64,000 nt of DNA from Ostreococcus lucimarinus (lineage: Eukaryota), in the NCBI GenBank assembly GCA_000092065.1, contig CP000581.1; one strand, written 5' to 3'. The notes beneath the pieces were generated by a model. That model ran no database searches, was not told where the DNA came from, and was given only the letters and a program-made list of their open reading frames with translations. This document shows, piece by piece, positions 56,533 to 64,000 of this stretch (position 1 is the stretch's first letter; the number at the start of each line of letters is the position of its first letter). The position numbers and the translations under genes were made by a program.

Positions 56533-59500
56533 TTAGTCATAAATGTCCTCTCTTTCGATGTGCGAATGCTGATTGTCGTCTTTTGTGATTCTCCAATAGT
56601 AATCCGTGAGTTCGCGCTGACCGAGTACGTGAGCAAACTCCATGTCGTGCGTGATGACAATCAATTGGAAGTTCTCTTGATCACGGCGGCTCTTCATGAT
56701 TTCGATAAGCGACCTCGCGAGAGCGTCAGAGTTTGGCGCGTCGAGATTTGTCGTCGGCTCGTCAAGCGCTAGGATCCCACAGTTCAAGCAAAACGTCTCA
56801 GCGAGTGCAAGGCGAATGATCAAACACGCGAGAACCTTTTGTCCGGCGCTGCAACGACCGCGCATTTCCAGCTCTGCGCCGCCGCACAACATAACGACGC
56901 GATAGTTGTACGAGCTTCTGCCGGTAGTGCCGTCAGAGTCGCTTCGGATCTGGATGCTATCAATATCTTGACCGCGGTAGGTGCGTTGCCATAATTCGCG
57001 AACAACCTTGTTGATTTCTTCCATCTTGGTCGCGTGGAATGACATCAGTGCCTTGTCAAGAGCTTTGTGATATCGATCCAAGTCATCGCTCACCATTTCG
57101 ACGGTTTTCAATTCGACGAGTTGTTTCGACAGTCGTTTCTCGATGTTGTTGTACTCGGCACCCTTCAGCTGGTCACCAGCGGCTTTCATAGCCTCACGAT
57201 GCGCCTTCACTCGACCCTGCGCTTCGGCAGCCTCGGTACGGAAATCGTTCTTGACGTTCGTCACTTGCCGCAGCTTCTTTTCCACATCCGGCATCTGGCC
57301 CATGTTGTGCATCTCCGCGGTGAGTTGATCGATCTCTTTCAATATCGTTTCTTCTTCTCGCTTACCCCTCAAGAACGCGATGTTATCTTCCAACTCGCGT
57401 TTCAGATCGTTTTGTCGCGCGATGACCTCCTCTTTCGCCTTGAGTTGTTTGCCTCTTGTCTGTAACTTGGCCTCAAGCTCTTCTATTTTCCCATTCGTCT
57501 CCTCGAGCGATCTGTTGTGCTCTACTAAGCGCTCAGAAGTTCCCGCAGCATCCGCCGCCTCGATTGTCTTGCTCATACTGGTGATCGTGTCAACGACGCG
57601 TTGCAACTCGCGAATTTCGTTTTCAAGCGCGTCTTGCTCTTGAGCGTGCGTCTTGCGTTGAGATTCACGCTCACTCGAGAGTTTTTCTTTCTCTGCGAGG
57701 CCAGGAGCGCGCTCTTCCTCCATTCGCTTTTGCTCCGCAGCGCTCTCCGCTGTCGCCTTAGAGATGTCGGCCATCTCCGCCTTGAGCTGTGTGCGTTTCT
57801 CGCCGCGCGACTGCGCCACGAGCAGTTCCTCGCGCATGTCACGAGCATTCCGCTCTAGGTTTAACAACTCCGTTTCGTGCCGCTCCTTACGCTTGACCAA
57901 AATTGCCTTTTCACGATCGGCGGCTTCGCGCTTCACGTCGAGCATCTCTATCTCGTTGGAGATGTCCAGCGCCGAACGCGTCTCACCATTCGATTCGAGG
58001 TAACGAGATTCCAAAGAATCAATCGTGCTCTGCAGTGCGTCAACTTCCTTGGCAAGTCGCGAAATGTTTCCGGCGTCTTCGAGCAAAGACGCCGTCGACT
58101 CTCTCGCGCGCTGCCTGTCTGCAAGGTTCTCCTCCGCGTTTTTTTTCTTCGCTTGCGCGTCGGCTAAACTGTCTTCCAAATTCGAGACATCGCGTTCGGA
58201 ATTGGGGATCTTTTCAGACACGGCCTTGAATCGCGATGCAGTCTCGCTTAAAGCTTGAAGCAATTCACGGCGTTCGCGCGTCTTTTGTACGCGTTCCTCC
58301 AATGAGGCAATTTGTGCCGGAGCGTTGGCGATGTTTGTTTGCATATCTTGAATGAAAGTATCCGCAGCGTTGAATGACGGGAAACCCCGCTTGCAAAGGG
58401 AACACGTCTGGTTCTTCTCGGCTTCGGCGACAAACTTCGAAAACAAGGTTTGTAACGCCGTAAGCGTTGTAAGGTTCTCCTCAACGTCAGTGACTTCGCG
58501 ATTGACGGCGTCGAGAGCTTCTCGATATCCAGCAAAACCTCCCGCGCCAAGTAATCGAACGTTTGCTTCTATCTTCTCAGTCGACTTGATCTCTTCTAAT
58601 TCTCTTCTATCACTTTGTAACGCGGCCCTCGCGGCTTCGAGCTCGTGTTCGAGCACGGCGACGTTCGAAGTATTTGTGTTGCATTCGGTTTGCGCGTTGG
58701 CCGTCTCCTCGGAGAGTTCGTTCAATTTTTCAATCACTGCATCCTTGAGCTCTATGTTCATCGGCATCGCCGCACCGAAGATTTCGCGTAGTTGCTCAGC
58801 ACGGCTGTCGACGATAGTTTCAAGTGTGTTGTTCTTAGTGGAATATTCCTCCTTCTTCATACGCACTTTCATCTCGCTCTCGCCTGCTTGCACGGCGCTC
58901 TCTTGCTCCGATCGCAACTTCGTCATCTCTCGCTCAAGCTCACCTAATTTCTGATCAGCTTGCTCCATATCCACCTTCAGCTGTGTGGCGAAATCAGATT
59001 TGCTCTTGGACGCGTACGCTTCGTTTGCTCGCTTCACACGGTTTTCGAGTTCCTCTATCGCCGATTCGTTCACCGCGTTCTCGCCTAGTTCCTTGTTGAT
59101 CACTTCGAGGCGAGCTTTACGCGCAGCTTGCTGCTCGTTGATGATTTGGATTCGTTGCGTGTGCGAGCTCAACCTTTCGGTGATTTCATCGATTTTTGCC
59201 CCACAAGCAGTGTCTAAATCACGGTGCTTTGAGCGCATCTTGTCAATCGCCTGTTGGCGCATCGACAGTCGCGAGTCCAGCGCGTTCGACAGGGCATTCG
59301 GGGCGATTTCTGGCGAGATCTCGACACCTATTTCAGGATACTTCTTCGCAATTGACTGAGCAAACACCGAACGCTCCGCGATGCGCTTTGTGTGCGCTTC
59401 AGCTTCCGCGCCCAGTCTACCGGCAGTCTTGATCATGCGCTCACGATGTTCCTTCAAAGCCTCCATCTCTAAACGTACGTCGTTAAGCTTGCGATCTAAC

Positions 59501-60553
59501 ACGTCGCGTTCTTGCTTCATAGTCGCAAACTTTTGATTGAACGTATCACCCATTTTCTCGAGCTCTTCCAGTGACTCAGTTAACTCGGTGTTCATGCTCG
59601 CTAATTTACGTGCGTTTTCCGAAGTCACCGCTTCGCGGCGAGCAATCAACGCATTACGCTTCTCATGAATTTGTCGCACCGAAGAAAACACTGCTTCGAT
59701 CTGAGCGATTTCCTCCTGCGCCGCTTGTATCTTGGCTTCGAGCGACGAGATGTGATCGGTCAAATCATCCGCCTTGTCTCGGTTCGTTTCAAACGTCGCG
59801 CGCAGTTTCATTGCGTGGTCTTTTTGAATCTTCAGCGACTCAACCTTACCTTTGAACTCGCGAATCAATCCAGTTTGCTCGGTTTTCAATTTTCGTATGT
59901 GTTCCAACGCTTTCGTGTACTTTGTCGCGCTAAAAATCTCATCAAACTTCTTCTTCAGTCCCGCGCTGTCGCCGAGCGGCCAATTCGATTCTTCCTGATG
60001 CACGAAGACGACATTTTCCAATATCGCCTTTGACACCCCCATCAGCGCCGGCACTTCGGCGTTGATGTCTACGCACTTCCTCGATATGCTCACCATCTTC
60101 CCACCGTCATCGACGCTCTGAATCACGCTATCTAAATCCTTCTTCTCCAACTTTCCTCTCGCCTTTTGCGTCAACTGAAACGACCGAATCACCACGAACG
60201 GTTTCCCCATCACGTTCCTAAACCGCAACTTGATCTGCGCCTTCACCTCCGTGACGTCCGCGACCTTCGGATCGTGAATGAACGCCTGTCCGGACCTCGC
60301 CGACGGCGGGAGTTCGCCCGTGGAGCCCATCTTCAGGCACTCGATGATGGTCGTCTTCCCCGCCCCGTTCCGCCCGACGATGAGCGTCAGCGGTTTCGGG
60401 AACTGAATCACGTGCTCGTTCTCGGGCGAGAACGAGCGAATGCCCTTTATGAGCAGCTGCGCGCGCGTCGCCGTTCGCGTCGATCGCGTCAGTTGGCGTT
60501 CGTCGAGCGCGCGCCGCGTTCAAATCTACGAATCGACAGCTCGCGCGCGTCAT
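56533..60553 (-). CDS. RAD50: DNA double-strand-break repair protein RAD50. Main exon 56533..60456, plus a proposed 5' mini-exon 60530..60553 (intron 60457..60529).
   Basis: Walker A LIVGRNGAGKTTIIECLK, zinc-hook CSLCKRGF (CxxC), signature motif CSAGQKVLACLIIRLALAETF, D-loop ILALDEPTTNLD. Nearly collinear with Arabidopsis RAD50 from LLIKGIRSFSPENEHVIQFPKPLTLIVG onward. The track ORF starts at an internal GTG (60411). The in-frame upstream region has no ATG before a stop, but a CAG acceptor precedes LLIKG. An ATG at 60553 (MTRASCRF) followed by GTAGAT would supply the missing N-terminus. Confidence 0.8.
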
Positions 60554-60710
60554 CGCGCGTCACCGCGTCGCCGCGCGTCTTCGCGCGCACCTTATCCACC
60601 GTGCACATCGCGCGCGACTCTCCCGCGCGCGTCGCGCGCCCTCGCGCCGCGCGCGTCCGACGTCGCGCCGCGCTCTGACGCCGCGCGCGGCGTCACTCGC
60701 GCGCGCGCGG

Positions 60711-61103
60711 ATGCTTTCGCCGCGCGCCGCGACGCCGACGCCGCGCGCCGCGACGCCGCGCGCGGCGCGTCGCGGCGTCGTCGCGCGCGCGAACCCGAGC
60801 GCGCAGGGCGGGCTCACGAAGACGCGGTGCGACGCGTGTCAGGGCGCGGGGACGCAGCCGTGCCCGACGTGCAACGACATCGGACTCACGGGCTGGACGA
60901 TCGACGGGAACACGCAGCGGTGCGAGCGGCGAGGGTACGTGCCGGTGATGACGGGCGGCGTGCTCGGGATGGGGGCGAAGAAGACGGGGGAGAGGGCGTG
61001 CGAGCGGTGCAACGAGGGGACGAAGAAGACGCCGGGGAGGATCGCGTGCGGGCGGTGCCAAGGGAACAAGTTTTTGCTGTTTCGAAGCGCGGATTGGCGA
61101 TGA
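60711..61103 (+). CDS. BSD2-like / DnaJ-type zinc-finger (4x CxxC) small chloroplast protein.
   Basis: ATG at 60711. N-terminal MLSPRAATPTPRAATPRAARRG is transit-peptide-like. Four CxxC(xGxG) motifs: CDACQGAG, CPTCNDIG, CERCNEGT, CGRCQGNK. Confidence 0.55.
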   Translation: MLSPRAATPTPRAATPRAARRGVVARANPSAQGGLTKTRCDACQGAGTQPCPTCNDIGLTGWTIDGNTQRCERRGYVPVMTGGVLGMGAKKTGERACERCNEGTKKTPGRIACGRCQGNKFLLFRSADWR

Positions 61104-61209
61104 ATTCTCGCGAGCGGTGTAATATTAAATAATTAATCGAAGAATAAATCGAAGCGCGGTGTGTGCTACAGAGACGGGGGGCGAGGGACTTGACAAGACG
61201 CGCGCGCGT

Positions 61210-62766
61210 CTATATGGAAATGTCGATGTCGGGCAAGTAATACTGCCGAATGCGGCAGTACACGGTGAGAAAGATACTGATGGCTGGACCCCAATACAGA
61301 ACGCGTTCCTTCGCGCCGACGAAGAAGCCGGGTAGCCCGGAGTCGGAGTACACGCCGAGCGCCGTGTCGATTGGAGACGTTCCTGGTGCGTCTTCGGGCA
61401 AACCGGCGTCGGCGTTCGATTTGCGTTCGTTGATCATGCGGGTGATGACGACGTCAACCGGGGTCGTAAAAATGGCTCCACACACCCCACCGAACGCACC
61501 GAAGAGAGCTTCGGTGAGAGGGGCGTCCGGATCGAGCGCTTGAATGCTCGCGACGACGAGCAGCAGCTTCAAGTACTCAAACACGGCTAGCTGAATGCCG
61601 CCAAAGGGAATGTCGCGCAGAAGCGCGACTTTCCAACACTTGAACAGATTCTTTCTCGCCGCTGGGGTTAAAACGTTGGTCTCGAGCGCTTCGGGAATGC
61701 TCATCCCTATTTGCGTACCATTCTTCACCGCCTCGGCCGGGAGGCGAAGAATCGAAGCGAAAAATTCCCCGAACCCGCCAGCGATGAGATAAATAACGAT
61801 CGGATGCGGCCGCATAACGTCCACTTGAAGCAAGATATCTTTGGCATACTCGTACAAGCCGAGGTACAGCGCGAGTGGAATGCCCTCCTTGAACAAGTTT
61901 GATGACAAACCGTCGTACAAGGAAACCACTCCGCCCTCGCCGACGATTTCGTCCCACGTTGGATCGTACCCTCGAATTTCGTCCGCGCTCTCGTCGACGC
62001 TCAAGTCAACGCTCGCGCCTACTTCTTTTGATTTCTTCTGCCTCAAGGATATTTTTCTAACCTTTATAGTGTCCAAAGGGTGCATCGTTGCGTTGGACAC
62101 GATGGACGCCACTAACGCGGCGCCGTACACGACGACCGGGCCTTGCGCCGCCAATCGCCCGAATATAACCTTGCGCTCCTTCAACCGACGTTGCAACGAG
62201 GCCTCGTTCGACCTCTTATTCACCAACCGCTTCTTTTGATCGCTCAAATTCGCGTACGCATCCGTCTCCGTGTACTCGCTCAGCTGTCCCTCCAAATTCT
62301 TCGCCGCGAGCAACGCCAGCTCCGCGTCCACTTGTTCCAACGCCTCCTCGTTCACCGCTTGGAGCGCGTTCAGCTCTTGCAACAACAAATCAATGTTCCC
62401 TCGCGTCAGCACGCTCGCCTTGCGATTCCGCGCCTTCTCGTCGAGCTTCAACAAATTTTCCAGCTCGACGCCGCGCTTCGGATTATACAGCACCCCGCTC
62501 GACGCCGACCCGAACCCCTCCGCGCGCGCCTCCATCCCGTTCGCCCCCATCGCCGCGATCGCGACCGCGAGCGCCGCGCCCGCGACCTTCCCGCGCGTCG
62601 CCATCGCGAACGACGACGACGGTCCGTCGTCGTCCGCGTCGTCGGCGTCATCGCGCCATCGCGCGTTCGCGCGCGTCTTCACCGCGCCGTCGCGTCGCCC
62701 GCGGGCGTCGACGCGCCTCGCGCGCGCGCCGCGCGGCGCGAGCGATACCACCGCGCGCGTCGCCAT
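61210..62766 (-). CDS. Mitochondrial-carrier-family (SLC25) protein with a long N-terminal coiled-coil extension and a presequence.
   Basis: Three carrier repeats with Px(D/E)xx(K/R) signatures (PLDTIKVRKI, PAEAVKNGTQI, PVDVVITRMI) and 6 TM helices in the C-terminal 300 aa. The first ATG with a presequence is MATRAVVSLAPRG at 62764-62766. Confidence 0.65.
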   Translation of the reverse strand: MATRAVVSLAPRGARARRVDARGRRDGAVKTRANARWRDDADDADDDGPSSSFAMATRGKVAGAALAVAIAAMGANGMEARAEGFGSASSGVLYNPKRGVELENLLKLDEKARNRKASVLTRGNIDLLLQELNALQAVNEEALEQVDAELALLAAKNLEGQLSEYTETDAYANLSDQKKRLVNKRSNEASLQRRLKERKVIFGRLAAQGPVVVYGAALVASIVSNATMHPLDTIKVRKISLRQKKSKEVGASVDLSVDESADEIRGYDPTWDEIVGEGGVVSLYDGLSSNLFKEGIPLALYLGLYEYAKDILLQVDVMRPHPIVIYLIAGGFGEFFASILRLPAEAVKNGTQIGMSIPEALETNVLTPAARKNLFKCWKVALLRDIPFGGIQLAVFEYLKLLLVVASIQALDPDAPLTEALFGAFGGVCGAIFTTPVDVVITRMINERKSNADAGLPEDAPGTSPIDTALGVYSDSGLPGFFVGAKERVLYWGPAISIFLTVYCRIRQYYLPDIDISI

Positions 62767-63018
62767 GCTCGCGCGCGTCGCGCGTCGCGCCGTGACGCCG
62801 CGCGCGGCGTCGTCGCGGCGCGGCGGCGTCGCGGCCACGTCATCGGATGCATAAATGCCTCGATGGCTTTAAAAAGCCCACGATGCGAGATGTGTAAACC
62901 CTAATCCGAAAAACCCTCGACGGGAGGGGGTCAATTTCGACGACGCGCGGCGCGCGCCGCACTCCGCGACGCGCCCTCGCGCCCGCCCGCGACGACGCAC
63001 GTCCCGCGCTCGCTCGCC

Positions 63019-63939
63019 ATGCGCGCCTCCGCGCTCGCCATGCGCGCCGCGAGCGTCTGCACCGCCCGCGCGACGCTCCGAAACGACCGAACGCTGTCGA
63101 AGCCGCCGTCGACGCGACGCCGTAAAATCAACGTCGCGACGCGCGCCGCCGACGTCGACCCGCAATCGCTCGCGATTCTGCAGCAAAAGCTCGGTCAATC
63201 GATCTCGTTCGAAGGCGCGGGGGCGGAACAGCTGAACAAGGGCGTCCTGCTCGACGGCACCGGGAAGGCGATGAGCAGCAAGGATAAGGGGCTCTCGACG
63301 AAGAACGAGCAGGCGTTGGAGATCGCGTACGATCCCGATGGATTGTTTCCGGAAGTCGATGAGACGTCCGCGAGCATGCTGATCGATCGTAGGTTGGGGG
63401 TGAAGGCGCAGGAGGCGGAGAAAGAGGCGGAGGAGGAGGCGAAGAAGAGACACAAGGAGGAACGGGAAAAGTTGCAGGCGGAGCGGGACGCGCGCGTGCA
63501 ACCGGGACCGGAGGATCCGGAGGCGTTGGTGCGGTATTTTTTTGAGACGGAGATCAATGAGATGGAGTATGAGATCGTGCGTTGCAGACCGTTGTTGACG
63601 GATGATTTTTTCAACTCGCTCAAGGCGAGCATCGAGAAGGAGGAGGGGTTGGAGAAGGAGAAGCGCGAGGCGTTGTACACGGTGACGAGCGGATTCGTGG
63701 GATTCGTCGATCAGACCACGAAGGCGATGTTACAACCGCGCGAGCGCATGATGAAACTTTTGACAGCCAAGGATAAGAAGGCGATGATCCTCGAGATGGT
63801 GGAAACTGGAGAGTTGGACATCAACTTGATGGCGTTGCTCAAGACGAACGAAAACACCGCTCGCGAGGCGGGATTGACGCAAGAAGCTGACTTTATGAAG
63901 AAGATTTACAACGCGTGCTCAAAGTTCGTGAGCGTGTAA
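63019..63939 (+). CDS. Hypothetical chloroplast-targeted protein (306 aa).
   Basis: MRASALAMRAASVCTARATLRNDRTLSK is transit-peptide-like. Conserved-looking blocks ALVRYFFETEINEMEYEIVRCRPLLTDDFF and ILEMVETGELDINLMALLKTNENTAREAGL. The 3' UTR is AT-rich, as for other genes here. Confidence 0.45.
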   Translation: MRASALAMRAASVCTARATLRNDRTLSKPPSTRRRKINVATRAADVDPQSLAILQQKLGQSISFEGAGAEQLNKGVLLDGTGKAMSSKDKGLSTKNEQALEIAYDPDGLFPEVDETSASMLIDRRLGVKAQEAEKEAEEEAKKRHKEEREKLQAERDARVQPGPEDPEALVRYFFETEINEMEYEIVRCRPLLTDDFFNSLKASIEKEEGLEKEKREALYTVTSGFVGFVDQTTKAMLQPRERMMKLLTAKDKKAMILEMVETGELDINLMALLKTNENTAREAGLTQEADFMKKIYNACSKFVSV

Positions 63940-64000
63940 TCGTTCACATCGCCTCGCGCGTGGAGCACTATTGTTATAACTGAAGAAAACGCACAATCAA

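Noticed and set aside
1-64000. Possibility of a prokaryotic-style novel system (defense island, CRISPR, toxin-antitoxin, phage or mobile element).
   Set aside because: Every confidently identified product is a eukaryotic nuclear gene (Mediator, TFIID, APC/C, Arp2/3, TREX, eIF2D, plastid-targeted proteins). No CRISPR-like spaced repeats, integrase, transposase, reverse transcriptase or phage structural genes are visible. The only repeats are short tandem or microsatellite arrays.

Overview
The window is nuclear DNA from a very GC-rich, gene-dense, intron-poor green alga; the composition and protein set resemble Mamiellophyceae (Micromonas/Ostreococcus-like). It is not a prokaryotic or accessory island. 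I found no CRISPR array, defense system, mobile element, tRNA or rRNA.

- **Organism evidence:** plant/algal-type nuclear genes for chloroplast proteins (ATP synthase b', BSD2-like CxxCxGxG zinc finger, OPR repeat protein, DnaJ-ferredoxin, arogenate dehydratase, phosphohexomutase with transit peptide). RAD50 is almost collinear with Arabidopsis RAD50. There is an HD2/FKBP53-type nucleoplasmin-like N-domain. Genes sit about every 1.4 kb with 60-500 bp spacers. Intron donors are GTACGT/GTGCGC.
- **Reading the ORF track:** strong GC3 bias keeps both strands open, so many long track ORFs are antisense artifacts. The largest is 5551..9699 opposite a P-type ATPase. Track ORFs may start at GTG/TTG shown as M. 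Several start codons were therefore reassigned to the first plausible in-frame ATG, using the track translations as the coordinate reference.
- **Gene content:** about 47 protein genes are proposed, mostly housekeeping.
  - Membrane transport and translation: Na/K-type P-ATPase, K-dependent H+-PPase, eIF2D, RPS10, EMG1.
  - Chromosome maintenance, cell cycle and transcription: RAD50, NSE4, CDC16, THOC7, SARNP, MED4, TAF10.
  - Cytoskeleton, secretory pathway, ubiquitin ligase and organelle functions: ARPC4, TRAP-beta, RBR-like E3, HemW-like radical SAM, mitochondrial carrier.
- **Most interesting observations:**
  - A small secreted lamin-tail-domain (LTD) protein of bacterial type, with a 14-bp tandem repeat abutting its stop codon.
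  - A roughly 200-residue Cys-rich insertion in the TM7-TM8 ectoloop of the P-type ATPase.
  - Lower-GC genes for membrane or secreted proteins, including a K/S/D-rich secreted protein with DDDWSD repeats and a DedA/TVP38-like fusion, embedded among high-GC neighbours.
  - Three gene-model corrections the ORF track misses: a two-exon MED4, a 5' mini-exon for RAD50, and a spliced micro-ORF encoding a one-TM peptide.
  - A CaaX-box mini-protein.
  - A BAHD/HXXXD acyltransferase.
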